DNA of 64,000 bases from Anaeromyxobacteraceae bacterium (GCA_032654565.1 JAULAX010000007.1:128001-192000), one strand, 5' to 3'. Shown: positions 24,801-34,116, counted from the stretch's first letter. The notes: generated by a model not told the origin, from the sequence alone. Numbers and translations are program-made.

Positions 24801-26868
24801 AGGCCCCCTTCTTGAAGGAGCCGGCCGAGTCCTCGATGATGGGGTCGCACTCCTTGTCCACCACGTAGGCGCTCTTGCAGATGGCCTTGGCGGTGGCGGG
24901 GTCCTCGTCGCCGTCGATGTTGGGGTTGCGGCTGGCGTAGATGCCGCACTTCACGCCCTTCTGGCCGGTGGTGCCGAAGCTCTCGTCGCACCCCTCGCCG
25001 AACTCGTCGAAGATGCCGGCGGCGAAGAGGTGGCCTTCCCAGAAGGCGCTGTTGTTGGGGCGGAAGCGCCCCAGGTAGGAGTCGACGCCGGAGGTCTTGG
25101 AGGTCTGCAGCGAGTTGGCGTTGGCCGAGGAGAAGGAGGTGGCGCGGGTGACCACGTCGGAGGCGGCCGCCTCGAAGGCGGTCTTGAGCTCCTCGGCGGA
25201 GCCGGTGTTCCGGTAGAAGCCCTTGCCGTTCAAGGCCACCCGGGCCAGCAGCAGGTCGGCCGTGGAGCCGGTGGCGATGCCCAGGCTGATGGTGTAGGTC
25301 TGCACGGTCTGCGGGCGCGGGGCGTTGGCCTGGTCGGTCCGCAGGTCGGTGTTGGCGAGGAAGTAGGAGACCCGGTGCAGCAGGAAGGCGTCCACCGCGC
25401 TGCTCCCGGCGATGACCGCCGGGTTGGTCCACTTCTGGAAGTCGTTGTTGAAGACGGTGTGGGTGGTGTTGGGCGACGAGCCCTTGGGCAGGCCAGTGTC
25501 GCCGGTCGGCTCGCCGTCGGTGACGATGATGACCGCCGACTGCTGGCAGGCCCAGCAGAAGGAGCGCTGGTTCTTCCCGGCGCCGGTCCAGGTGGCGCCC
25601 GCGCCCAGCCCGCCCGCGGAGGTCTCGGAGAAGTTCTGGGCCGCGTTGCTGGTGGAGAGCTTCATCCAGGAGGTGCCGAAGTTGGCCTGGTAGAAGCCGC
25701 TGGAGCCGCCGTTGGAGAAGTACTGGCCGATGTTGTAGAGCGACTCGGCCAGCGGCGTGTAGGAGCTGAACTGGACCAGGCCGGTGTTGTTGACCGAGTC
25801 GATGACCCCCTGGCGGGCGGCGACGAAGGCCGAGGTGACGGCCGGGAAGGCGCCGTCGCAGTTGGGGCCGAGCGGGACGATCAGGGCGCCGCCGTCGCTG
25901 GAGCCGATCTTGGTGCCCATGCTGGTCGAGCCGTCTGCGGCCGGGTTGAAGATGGTGAGGCCGAAGCGGACCATGTCGAGGTTGCCCGGGAGCATGGGGT
26001 CGATCTTGACCAGATCCTTGACCACCCGGCGGGCGGCCACGAACTTGGGCGGGCTCTGGTTGAGGAAGGTGCCGGTGAAGACCGCCTGGTAGTCGCCGCC
26101 GGAGGACTTGAAGAGATAGTAGCCCTTGGTGTTGAGGCAGGTGCGGCACTGGGCCACGTTGGGGGCCATCCCGTTGACGTTGCCGTTGCCGTCGATGGAC
26201 GAGCAGGGGCCGGCGGCGGCGGGCAGGGTCGGGGTGGGATCCGGCTTGTTGTAGGCGTAGGCGCTGGCGATGCCGGGGGCCTCGATCTGGATGGTCCCGG
26301 GGTTGTTCGAACTCCCGGCGTTGAGCTTGAAGTAGCTGGTCTGGCGGTAGAGGCAGGTGTCGACCACATGGTCGCCGGCGGGCGTCGCCGTGGTGGTGCA
26401 GGCCGACGTCCAGGGAGGGGAGTTGGTGAGGGCCGGCAGGGTGTGGGCGGCGTCGTAGTAGGTCCGGTAGGCCGGCTCGGCCGCCACCGCCGGGTTGAGC
26501 GCGGCGGCGGCGGCGGCCTGGTCGAGCCAGGCCCGCGGCACCAGGTCGGTGCCGTTCGGCATGGGGTCGACGGTCGAGTCGCAGCTGCCGTCGTTGTTGA
26601 AGGCGGTCGAGGTGGGGAAGCGGATGGTCTTGGGGAACTGGATCATCGACCCGGAGGAGTCGACCAGCACCATGATGTTGGGCACGCCGCCGGGGATCTT
26701 GAAGAAGACCTCGTCGCCGGTCGGCGACGGGGAGGGGATCTGGTCGGCGGTGTTGCAGCAGGCGGCCTGCGAGGCGGCCGGGACCGGGATGGCGGCGTCG
26801 CCGGCCAGCGGGAGGACGGCGGCGAGGGCCAGGGCCAGGACGAAGAGCTTGAGGTGTCGGGCGCGCAT
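21856..26868 (-). CDS. pilY1: PilY1 pilus tip adhesin (vWA-like domain plus C-terminal beta-propeller), Cys-rich, 1670 aa
   Basis: Signal peptide; MIDAS-like LVDSSGSM, TPLAESL and IIVTDGEP; PilY1 motifs LGDIFHSAP, VGANDGMLHAF, ELWAFIP, YFVDG, GQTWS and DTDGYFD. Confidence 0.92.
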   Translation of the reverse strand: MRARHLKLFVLALALAAVLPLAGDAAIPVPAASQAACCNTADQIPSPSPTGDEVFFKIPGGVPNIMVLVDSSGSMIQFPKTIRFPTSTAFNNDGSCDSTVDPMPNGTDLVPRAWLDQAAAAAALNPAVAAEPAYRTYYDAAHTLPALTNSPPWTSACTTTATPAGDHVVDTCLYRQTSYFKLNAGSSNNPGTIQIEAPGIASAYAYNKPDPTPTLPAAAGPCSSIDGNGNVNGMAPNVAQCRTCLNTKGYYLFKSSGGDYQAVFTGTFLNQSPPKFVAARRVVKDLVKIDPMLPGNLDMVRFGLTIFNPAADGSTSMGTKIGSSDGGALIVPLGPNCDGAFPAVTSAFVAARQGVIDSVNNTGLVQFSSYTPLAESLYNIGQYFSNGGSSGFYQANFGTSWMKLSTSNAAQNFSETSAGGLGAGATWTGAGKNQRSFCWACQQSAVIIVTDGEPTGDTGLPKGSSPNTTHTVFNNDFQKWTNPAVIAGSSAVDAFLLHRVSYFLANTDLRTDQANAPRPQTVQTYTISLGIATGSTADLLLARVALNGKGFYRNTGSAEELKTAFEAAASDVVTRATSFSSANANSLQTSKTSGVDSYLGRFRPNNSAFWEGHLFAAGIFDEFGEGCDESFGTTGQKGVKCGIYASRNPNIDGDEDPATAKAICKSAYVVDKECDPIIEDSAGSFKKGAFDATTHQLISTPDDAVLFWDAGKVLSDPTETGYRSADENATNKRTIQTVIDVNADGKFTAADGLVEFTAANAAALAPLMNLPAMAQTVATALPSSGTPAAVPWCNSWLNTIGVCGLAPLPACPNSVANVRTKCAEQVINFYRGWDVMDWDSDHCAGPGNYYNTGGWGTCTSDANCGGAAKCNTTTKKCMTQGCAGGEQRDRVNDSRAVNAQEFWKLGDIFHSAPVVVKAPADKFVCNIGINNQCLLTLFSALGTSASTPTPLEKYGALDAYDQHRKEKLNIQQLVMVGANDGMLHAFDAGVPDTSKAANSEGQYPLTPGYGTELWAFIPPEMLPNLKEGLSQHRYFVDGNTMLRDVWYDSNGDGTKQKEEFRTIAVITERGGGTHFTALDVTDRANPRFLWTFPQSCTEDSKLAGQTWSLFPPRPPPILPVRLKLPSGSGKDPLNRGFEERWVVALNGGYDPTLVRGRVVWLVDVMTGQVLWRWTDASFKAMRGDLKASMLPVAATIGGMDIGKADQASGLPDTDGYFDTLTWGDIGGNLFVARLYEPGTVDPGTGLVTNWTAARTFEPNRKADDTHAAANRGQFFFMTSNFLSGASKLMTMVGGGNQEQLMQTSSNCGPDNLLGCCASGCSVASAVASSTYGAGSCTQGGTFQCAAGALTYTPAATTGCAAGFSCGATNQQVTLTFSCGAAGSPPPITAKVSCGSDGVCTTNAPFSPSAFSTAALGQPLNQNRAYSIWAYGKETWKLFSDAASALAFEKNRSTDVPFTGCGGATRTCQLVETSSAQVQDSGTGMGLQTTCRDGSTKCWAEDTDNGWMYSYGKWCPLASCTTPTWTDEKSGSAPTVFRGCTEWSGFRPTGAAGGTDPCTASSGTPTSIRYRADVRSGVPRQYCGIDGTVAGRSAVFFGAQKNAYAPPQSGSIRVVVNEKGQVSYSTLKIETGTPAEKQGLGTRSSISEPLYWLEVPREVHSCRHVDPTTCQ

Positions 26869-26876
26869 GGTGGCTC

Positions 26877-27389
26877 CTAGAGGCCGAACTTCACGGCGTA
26901 TTCGATTTCCATCTGCCGGCCGGAGGTGGGGCTGGACAGATCGCCCTCCTGGCAGTGGACGGTGATCTTGAGCGGCGCTCCGCCGATGTTGCCCGTGAAG
27001 CGGACGGTGTTGGTGGAGTCCTCCTCGTTGTACTGGGTCTGGATCACCCGGGGGCTGAGCAGCTCCACCTGCTTGATGGTGAGGAGCAGCTGGGCCGGGT
27101 CGGCGTCGATGTGGCCGCCCACCGCCTGCATCCGGCCGTCCGGTCCGTCCAGCTTGACGTTGAGGGCTGCGACGTCGACCGGCTGGGTCGGGGAGAGGGC
27201 GTGAAAGCGGCTCTCCAGCAGCTTGCGGGCCGCCTCGGCGCAGGCCGAGAGGGCGTCGGCGCGGGTGCCGGCCAGGGCGCCGGCGGTCTGGCGCTGCGTG
27301 AAGCGGACCATCCCGACGCCGATGACCGCGATGATCAGCACCACGATGGTGGCGATGATGAGGGAGCTGCCGCGTTGCAGGGTGCGCAT
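26877..27389 (-). CDS. pilX: Minor pilin PilX-like (170 aa)
   Basis: Prepilin leader MRTLQRG|SSLIIATIVV lacking Glu5, positioned between pilW and pilY1. Confidence 0.75.
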   Translation of the reverse strand: MRTLQRGSSLIIATIVVLIIAVIGVGMVRFTQRQTAGALAGTRADALSACAEAARKLLESRFHALSPTQPVDVAALNVKLDGPDGRMQAVGGHIDADPAQLLLTIKQVELLSPRVIQTQYNEEDSTNTVRFTGNIGGAPLKITVHCQEGDLSSPTSGRQMEIEYAVKFGL

Positions 27390-27400
27390 GGCTCGATTCC

Positions 27401-28672
27401 TTACCCGCCGCCGACGTTGAAGCCGACGGTGGCGACGGGGTTGACCTGGGGATAGGCGAAGGCCGCGGTCCGCAGGTTGCGGATCAGCACGGTGTTCTCG
27501 AAGGCGGCGCGGCGGTAGGAGGGGAGGCCGATGATCAGGCCGCGGTTGCCGGCGGCGGGGAGCTGCCGCTCCAGCGCCGAGGCGACGGCCAGGTCCTTCT
27601 CCGGCGCGCGGATGACCACGGCGACGCGGACCGCCAGCAGGTTGGCGGGGTGGCCGGTCAGGCGGGAGGGGGCGTCTGGGAGGTCGGTGTAGGCGGGGGC
27701 GGTGACGTTGACCGCCAGCGGGAAGGCCTCGGCGTCGGCGAGCACCCCCGGCGTCGCCCCCACCAGCCGGTTGGCCTGGCCGGCGGCCGGGGGCGGGAAG
27801 TAGTAGGAGACCTGCAGGTCCTCGACGTCGGAGGCCACCGGGACGTCGATGGCGGCGCCGTTCTGGTCGGTGAGCCCCTGGTCGAGCATCAGGTAGGGCC
27901 GGGCCTCCGGCGTCTGGGCCGCCACCACCGCGCCGGCGGCGCTGTACCACTCGACGTGGAACCGGTACCGGTCCACCTGCGTGAGCACCGGCGCCTCGCC
28001 GGCGGCGGCCAGCGCGAAGCAGGTGTCGGTGGAGACCCCGTTCTCGAAGGGGAAGACCCGGGCCGCGCCCACCACGGCGCCGGCCTCGAGCTGCACCTGG
28101 ACCAGCTCGGCGGGATCGGGCGGGGCGGCGGTGGGGAGGACCGTCCGGCTCACCTTGACGTAGCCGCGGGCCTGGCTGCCGCCCAGGCAGGCGACCTGCA
28201 GGACCTGCCCCTTGTAGATGGGCCGGGTCAGCCCGCCGCGGAAGGTCAGCGAGGCGCCGGCGAAGGCGGTGATGGTGCGGCTGAAGAGCGGGTTGCGGCT
28301 GTAGAAGACCACCTCGTCCGGGCCGTCATTCCGGTCGCGGCAGGTCACCGCCGCGCCGCAGCGGTAGGTGCTGGTGGCGTCGAAGAGCACCGCGTTGGTG
28401 GGGGCGCCGGTGCGCGGCACCGGGAGCGCCTGGGGGCCGAAGTCGAAGACCAGGTTGGGGTCGATGCCGTAGCCGGCCATGCGCAGCCGGGTGACGATCT
28501 CGCGCAGCGCCGCGTGGCCCGACTCCTGCTGGGCCCGCTCGGTGGAGGTGACGCTGTAGGAGCGCTGCTGCTGGATGAGCAGCGTCATGGCGGCGGCGAT
28601 GACGATGGTGGAGACGCCGAGGCCGATGATCAGCTCCAGCAGGGTGAAGCCGCGGCGGGGGGCGCGGTTCAC
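27401..28672 (-). CDS. pilW: Minor pilin PilW
   Basis: RRG|FTLLELIIG, LRMAGYG, VEDLQVSY and VRVAVVIR. Confidence 0.85.
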   Translation of the reverse strand: MNRAPRRGFTLLELIIGLGVSTIVIAAAMTLLIQQQRSYSVTSTERAQQESGHAALREIVTRLRMAGYGIDPNLVFDFGPQALPVPRTGAPTNAVLFDATSTYRCGAAVTCRDRNDGPDEVVFYSRNPLFSRTITAFAGASLTFRGGLTRPIYKGQVLQVACLGGSQARGYVKVSRTVLPTAAPPDPAELVQVQLEAGAVVGAARVFPFENGVSTDTCFALAAAGEAPVLTQVDRYRFHVEWYSAAGAVVAAQTPEARPYLMLDQGLTDQNGAAIDVPVASDVEDLQVSYYFPPPAAGQANRLVGATPGVLADAEAFPLAVNVTAPAYTDLPDAPSRLTGHPANLLAVRVAVVIRAPEKDLAVASALERQLPAAGNRGLIIGLPSYRRAAFENTVLIRNLRTAAFAYPQVNPVATVGFNVGGG

Positions 28673-29202
28673 AGCATGTCCCCGGTGTTGACCTTGGTGA
28701 CCATGAAGACGGTCCGCCGCCAGCTGGCCCCGGCCTGCCAGCGGACGATCACCGCCACCCGCTTCGAGTCAGGGACGTTGTTGCCGTTGGCGTCGGGGCC
28801 GTCGGCGACGTTCCAGAAGCGCTCCATCTGGTTGGCGTCGAGCAGGTCCTTGGGCAGCCCGACCCAGGTGGCGCCCAGGTCAGCTTCGCCATAGTCGGCC
28901 AGGTTGGCGGCCACCGGGTCGACGCTGGAGGCCAGGGACATGGCCGCGGCCGAGTCGCCCAGGTCGGCGTCGTTGCTGGTGGTGCGGTTGGCGAGGCGCG
29001 GGTCGTCGTAGTCCCAGAGCTCGATCTGGTTGACCAGGTCCTGGGCGAACATCGAGGCCCGGGTGGTGCGGCGCGAGTCGCCCATGAAGAAGTTGCTCTG
29101 CCGCTGCAGCCCGACCAGCCCGGCGGCGCCGAGCATGAGGACCCCCATGGCGATCATGGCCTCGAGGAGGGTGCTGCCGCGCTGGTGTCGCCCGGTGCGC
29201 AT
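28669..29202 (-). CDS. pilV: Minor pilin PilV
   Basis: QRG|STLLEAMIAMGVL and KRVAVIVRW; 4-bp overlap with pilW. Confidence 0.82.
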   Translation of the reverse strand: MRTGRHQRGSTLLEAMIAMGVLMLGAAGLVGLQRQSNFFMGDSRRTTRASMFAQDLVNQIELWDYDDPRLANRTTSNDADLGDSAAAMSLASSVDPVAANLADYGEADLGATWVGLPKDLLDANQMERFWNVADGPDANGNNVPDSKRVAVIVRWQAGASWRRTVFMVTKVNTGDML

Positions 29203-29221
29203 CGTCGTCTCCCTTGCGTCG

Positions 29222-29893
29222 CTACGGCTTCCACTTGAGGGTGGTCATGGCCCCGGTGCTGGCGGCCACGGTGATGGTCCGGATCTCCTGGCTGTCCGGC
29301 CTGGTCACCGAGAGGCTGCCCCCCTGGGCGAGCGCCAGCGGCGGGCCGTTGCGGTCCTGGAAGGTGACCGAGCCGTTGGGCTGGAAGATCACGGCGCCGC
29401 GGCCGCCGGCCCCGGTGCAGAACGGGCAGGCGACGTCGATGGCGATGCCGGCGAACGGGGCCGGCATCACCGCGCCGGTGCCCTGGCCATTGGCCGGGCC
29501 GATCACCAGCCCGTCGGCCAGGTCGATGGTCTCCAGCACCTCGCTGCGGGCGTCGGCGACCGGGGCGGCCGGATCCATGTTCTCCAGGTTGACGGCGGCG
29601 GCGCCGGAGAAGAGGGAGAAGTCCCCGTCGCGGTAGAGGATGAGCCGGCCGGTCCCCTGCGCGGTCACCTGGTTCGGGAAGACCAGCAGCGCCACCGGCG
29701 TGCCGGTGCCCTGGGCGGTCTGGCGTGCACCGACCATCAGGGCCCGCACCTCGAGTGCGAACTGGTCGACCTGCTGGCGCCCCTTCTGCCGGCCGAAGAG
29801 GAAGAGGGTCATGGCGGCGATGACGCCGATGATGGCCACCACCACCATCATCTCGATGAGCGTGAAGCCGCGCTGGGCCTTCGAAGAGTTCAC
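29222..29893 (-). CDS. fimU: Minor pilin FimU/FimT-like (223 aa)
   Basis: GTG29893 after GGAGG; QRG|FTLIEMMVVVAIIG, ARQTA and IFQPNG. Confidence 0.8.
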   Translation of the reverse strand: MNSSKAQRGFTLIEMMVVVAIIGVIAAMTLFLFGRQKGRQQVDQFALEVRALMVGARQTAQGTGTPVALLVFPNQVTAQGTGRLILYRDGDFSLFSGAAAVNLENMDPAAPVADARSEVLETIDLADGLVIGPANGQGTGAVMPAPFAGIAIDVACPFCTGAGGRGAVIFQPNGSVTFQDRNGPPLALAQGGSLSVTRPDSQEIRTITVAASTGAMTTLKWKP

Positions 29894-29991
29894 GGATGCC
29901 TCCACCCTCTTCAGGGATGCAAGGTCCGGACTGGCGGAGAGGCTGGAAAGCGCCAGTGATTTCGAGGGTGTCGGAGAGCTGCGCCCCTCGC

Positions 29992-32343
29992 CTACATGCA
30001 AGAAGTATCGGCCCTGGCCACTTTCTGCAGGCGGCGGCGAACCACCACGCCCCAGGCGAGCAGCGCGGCCAGCGCCGCCAGGGCCAGCGTGAGGCCAGCG
30101 GCCAGCCCCGGCGTGGCGTAGCGGAAGACCACCGTGTGCTGGCCGGCCGGCACCCAGACGCCGCGGGCCAGGTAGTTGGCGGGGAGGATCTCGGCGGGTC
30201 GGCCGTCGACGGTGGCGGTCCAGCCGGGGGCGTGCTGGTCGTTGAGGACCAGCAGCGCCGGGCCGTCGGCCTCGGTGGTCACCTCGATCCGTTCGCCTTC
30301 GTCGACGACGATCCGGGCCTGGCCGATGGGGGGGCGGTAGCTGTCCGGGACCGGCGCCTCCAGCACCGAGCGGCCGCTGGTGGCGGCGTCGGGCGAGGCG
30401 ACGAACTCAAGCGCTCCCGCCTCGTCCGCCGTGGTGAGCGATCCGGCCAGGTAGGCGCGGGGGCGGGCCGGGCGGCGGAGCAGGAAGGCGGGGAGTTCGG
30501 GGTCGACGGCGACCACGTCATAGGGCGGGGTCAGGCCGACGGTGGCGGCCTGGGAGAGCGAACCCGGCACGGTGACGAAGGCGAACCCCCAGAGGGCGCC
30601 CGGCTCGACCAGCTCGCGCATGGGGACCTTCTGCCGGAACGGGAGGAGCCGCCGCGGCAGCATGCCGGCGTAGGCCTCCAGGTTGCCGAAGCGGTCGGCC
30701 ACGTTCCAGGCCGGAGCGCCGGTCCGGGCGGCCCAGCGCCAGCCGCCCTCCACTTGGGTGAGCTCGGGCCAGCGCCTGTCGCTGAGCTGGAACGGGGTCA
30801 CCACCCGGGCCAGGCCCGGCTCGGCCCGCAGCCGGGACGGGATGGGGGAGGGCCCGGTGACCAGCCCGGGCGGGAGCAGGAAGTAGGCGCGCAGTCCCGC
30901 CGCCCCCAGGTCGAGCGCCACCACCAGCCCGATGGCGGCGGGCGCCAGCCGACGCAGGGCGCCGCGGCTCACCAGCCTGGCGACCGCCGCGAGCAGCAGG
31001 AGCCCCAGGGCCGCGGCGATCGCCCCGTCGGTGGCGTTCTCCACCAGCACCGTGGCCAGGCGCCGCCCGTCGGGGAGCTGGACCAGCCGGGCCGCCGCCT
31101 CGGGGAAGGCGGTCAAGGCGCCCCACCCGGCCAGGAGGAGCGCACCGGCGCCACCGCTCGCCAGCGCCAGGCGCCGACCGGCCGCCTTCTCCTCCAGCAG
31201 CCGCTCGGCGCCGGCCCCAGCCGCGACGGCCACCAGCAGCGCGCTCCAGACCGCCAGCTTCTCCCAGAAGCGGAAGCTTGAAAGCAATGGCAGGTGGCGG
31301 GCCAGCTGGCCGAAGCCGGCGTATGGGCCCATGGCGGCCCAGGTGAAGAGGGCCGCGCCGACGAGGAGGAGTCGGGCCAGGCGATTGCGGCTGGCGCCCA
31401 GGGCCGCCAGCCCCAGCGTGGCGGCGCCGAGGTAGATCGAGAGGACCCAGGGGATGGTCGAGTACTCGTTGCCGGCGTACCACCGATAGACCGGGGCGTA
31501 GACCGCGCCGGGCGGGGCCCGCACCAGGTGCGGGACCAGGAACTCGAGGAGCCGGAGCGGGTGGAGGTTCCAGCGCAGGTACTCCCCGGGCTCGAACGCC
31601 GCCGCCCGCGACGAGTGCGGGAGCCAGGCGGCCACCGGCAGGAGCACCGGGGCGGCGGCCGCCACCACCACCGCCAGCGCCGCCAGCGCCCGCCAGGCGC
31701 GCCGGCCCGGGGAGGGGCCGGGGAGCAGCAGCGCCTGGACCAGGACCAGGCCCACCGCCACCGCCCAGCCCATGGGATCGCCCGCCGCCGCGGTGACGAA
31801 GGAGGCGGCCAGCAGGGCCAGGAGCGGCCGGGGTCCCAGCGCCGTCGCAGCGGCGTGACCCGCCGCCAGCATCCAGGGAGCCCCGGCCAGCGCCGAGAGG
31901 TAGGTGAGGTTGTCGGTGCTGGAGACCACGAACCCGGAGAGCATGAAGGCCAGGCCGGCGACCGCCGCTCCGGTGGTCCCGTGGCCGAGCCGGAGCGCCC
32001 AGGCCGCCGCACCCAGCCCGGCCCCCAGCACCGAGAGGAGCACCCAGCCCTTGAAGCCGGCCTCGAAGGGGAGCACCACCAGCAGCGCGTTGAAGGGGTG
32101 GAGCGGCGCGTCCACGGCGGCGCCCACCACCGGGAGGCCGAGCCCGCCGTATGGGTTCCACTCCGGCCAGTGGCCCCGCCGGAGTTCCTCGGCGAGCCAG
32201 CGCTTCACCGGGTGGTGCATGCGACCGGCGTCGCGGTAGAGGAACTGGCCGTCGCCGACCAGCGCCGGAAGGAAGAGCAGCGCCGCGGCCACCGCCAGCG
32301 CCGAGCCGATGAGGCGCCAGGCGCGCCACGGCTGGCTAGCCAC
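29992..32343 (-). CDS. YfhO-family polytopic membrane protein (putative GT-C glycosyltransferase)
   Basis: N-terminal YRD..H.P..WL......G.WPEWNPY..LGLP, AFMLSG, many TM segments, and C-terminal LVLND..APGWTATVDG....I.PAN...RGV.VPAGQHTVVFRY plus a terminal TM. Confidence 0.8.
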   Translation of the reverse strand: MASQPWRAWRLIGSALAVAAALLFLPALVGDGQFLYRDAGRMHHPVKRWLAEELRRGHWPEWNPYGGLGLPVVGAAVDAPLHPFNALLVVLPFEAGFKGWVLLSVLGAGLGAAAWALRLGHGTTGAAVAGLAFMLSGFVVSSTDNLTYLSALAGAPWMLAAGHAAATALGPRPLLALLAASFVTAAAGDPMGWAVAVGLVLVQALLLPGPSPGRRAWRALAALAVVVAAAAPVLLPVAAWLPHSSRAAAFEPGEYLRWNLHPLRLLEFLVPHLVRAPPGAVYAPVYRWYAGNEYSTIPWVLSIYLGAATLGLAALGASRNRLARLLLVGAALFTWAAMGPYAGFGQLARHLPLLSSFRFWEKLAVWSALLVAVAAGAGAERLLEEKAAGRRLALASGGAGALLLAGWGALTAFPEAAARLVQLPDGRRLATVLVENATDGAIAAALGLLLLAAVARLVSRGALRRLAPAAIGLVVALDLGAAGLRAYFLLPPGLVTGPSPIPSRLRAEPGLARVVTPFQLSDRRWPELTQVEGGWRWAARTGAPAWNVADRFGNLEAYAGMLPRRLLPFRQKVPMRELVEPGALWGFAFVTVPGSLSQAATVGLTPPYDVVAVDPELPAFLLRRPARPRAYLAGSLTTADEAGALEFVASPDAATSGRSVLEAPVPDSYRPPIGQARIVVDEGERIEVTTEADGPALLVLNDQHAPGWTATVDGRPAEILPANYLARGVWVPAGQHTVVFRYATPGLAAGLTLALAALAALLAWGVVVRRRLQKVARADTSCM

Positions 32344-32370
32344 GGTCCGCTCTCGGCCGCAGCAACCGCC

Positions 32371-33327
32371 TCACGGGAGCGGCCGTTCGTCGGCGGCGCC
32401 CACGGCGCCGGCGAGCCGGACGAAGGTCTCCTCCAGCGACTCGCGGTGCGGGAGGAGCGAGAGCAGCTGTCCCCCGGACGCTAGCAGCCGGGCCGCGGCC
32501 AGGTTGGCCGCCTCGACGCTGGCGAAGCTGAAGGCGTGCCCCTCGGGCAGGGCGGTGGCCGGGCCAGTCACCGGGGCCAGCGCCTCGAGCAGGGTCGGGG
32601 TGAGCGGCCCGCAGCGCAGCTCGACGGCGCGGACGGTGCCGTCGAGGAGCCCCTGCAGCGCACCCTCCTTCATCAGCCGCCCCTTGAAGACCATGCCGAC
32701 CCGGTCGCAGATCGACTCGACGTCGGGGAGGATGTGGGTGGAGAAGAAGACGGTCTTCCCCTGCTGCCGCAGCTCCAGGATCAGGTCGCGGACCTCCTTG
32801 CGCCCGATGGGATCGAGGCCGCTCATGGGCTCGTCGAGGATGAGCAGGGGAGGGTCGTGGATGAGCGCCTGGGCCAATCCGAGCCGCTGCACCATCCCCT
32901 TGGAGAACTTGCGGACCGTGAGATCGCGGGCGTGACCCAGCCCGACCCGGTCGATGAGGGCCTCGGCGCGCCGGTCGAGGTCGGCCCCCGACAGCCCGGA
33001 GAGCCGGCCCAGGTAGCGCAGCACCTCCAGCGGCCGCATGAAGTCGTGGAAGCTGGGGTTCTCCGGCAGGTAGCCAACCGAGAGCCTGGCCCGCGGATCC
33101 GAGATGTCGCGGCCGAAGAGGGCGGCGCGGCCGGCGCTGGGGCGCACCAGCCCCACCAGGATCTTGATGGTGGTCGACTTGCCGGCGCCGTTGGGGCCGA
33201 TGAAGCCGTAGATGGAGCCCGGCGCCACCGCCAGGTCGAGCGCCGCCAGCGCCTCCACCTTGCGGGCGCGGAAGCCGAGCCGGTAGGTCTTGGAGAGGCT
33301 GGAGCAGGTGATGGCGAGGTCGGCCAT
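32371..33327 (-). CDS. pilH: ABC transporter ATP-binding protein PilH
   Basis: GPNGAGKST, FSKGMVQR, LILDEPMSGLDP and FSTH; located in the pilA operon. Confidence 0.85.
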   Translation of the reverse strand: MADLAITCSSLSKTYRLGFRARKVEALAALDLAVAPGSIYGFIGPNGAGKSTTIKILVGLVRPSAGRAALFGRDISDPRARLSVGYLPENPSFHDFMRPLEVLRYLGRLSGLSGADLDRRAEALIDRVGLGHARDLTVRKFSKGMVQRLGLAQALIHDPPLLILDEPMSGLDPIGRKEVRDLILELRQQGKTVFFSTHILPDVESICDRVGMVFKGRLMKEGALQGLLDGTVRAVELRCGPLTPTLLEALAPVTGPATALPEGHAFSFASVEAANLAAARLLASGGQLLSLLPHRESLEETFVRLAGAVGAADERPLP

Positions 33328-33329
33328 GG

Positions 33330-34106
33330 TCAGCGGATGTCCCGGCGGGAGAAGATGACGGAGGCGAGCAGCAGCAGCACCGCGGCGTAGCCGGCGCCGT
33401 AGGCGCCACGGGCCAGCGCCGAGCCCACCGTGACCACGTCGCCGTAGGTGACCGCCTCCTTGACGTCGAGCAGGCTCATGTTGGGCAGGAGCACGTCGAG
33501 CACCCGGACCAGCTGCTTCATGTCGGCCTGCCGGGCGTTGAGCCAGAAGAAGCGGACCTCGCCGAAGAGCCAGCCGGCGCCGACGATGGAGAGGCTGCAG
33601 ATGGCGGCCAGCGTGGCGGTGGTGAAGGTGGAGAAGAGGACCGCCAGCGCCGCGCAGACCGCCAGCTGCACCAGCGTCAGGGCGAAGGTGGCGGCGAAGG
33701 CGAAGTCGAGGAAGACCGCGCTGCCTCGGTAGAAGGCCAGCACCGCGGCGGTGGCCGCCGCCATCAGCACCACGTTGAGCAGCAGCGTGGCCAGCAGGCC
33801 GAGGTACTTCCCGGTCACGAAGCCGGCCCGCGAGATGGGGCGGGCCAGGGCCGGGTAGCAGGTGCGCCGGTCGATCTCCTTGCTCACCAGGCCGACGCCG
33901 AGGAAGACGGCGATCAGCGTGCCGAAGACCTGGGTCGCGGATGTACCGATGTTGGCGATGATACGGAACTGCTCCCCCAGGGTGAGCTGCGAGATGGTGA
34001 TTGACCCGATCACCAGCAGGACGGCGAAGACCACCAGGTTGTAGAGGAGCCGCTCGCGCAGCGCCTCGCGCAGGGTGGTGATTGCGACGGCCAGGGTGGT
34101 GCGCAG
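33330..34106 (-). CDS. pilI: ABC-2 type permease PilI, apparent CTG start (258 aa)
   Basis: KEIDRRT..LARPISR..FV.GKYLG and C-terminal FSRRD. The in-frame extension RTTLAVAITTLREALRERLLYNL runs back to CTG34106, with AGGAG 7 nt upstream. Confidence 0.8.
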   Translation of the reverse strand: MRTTLAVAITTLREALRERLLYNLVVFAVLLVIGSITISQLTLGEQFRIIANIGTSATQVFGTLIAVFLGVGLVSKEIDRRTCYPALARPISRAGFVTGKYLGLLATLLLNVVLMAAATAAVLAFYRGSAVFLDFAFAATFALTLVQLAVCAALAVLFSTFTTATLAAICSLSIVGAGWLFGEVRFFWLNARQADMKQLVRVLDVLLPNMSLLDVKEAVTYGDVVTVGSALARGAYGAGYAAVLLLLASVIFSRRDIR

Positions 34107-34116
34107 GGGAGGGCTC

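Noticed and set aside
29213..29221. CTTGCGTCG between fimU and pilV, resembling the left arm of the palindrome family
   Set aside because: Only 9 bp, with no spacer or right arm.
29917..29934. Possible sigma54 promoter before fimU (CCAGTCCGGACCTTGCAT, minus strand)
   Set aside because: Good -12 TTGC, but AG replaces the invariant -24 GG.
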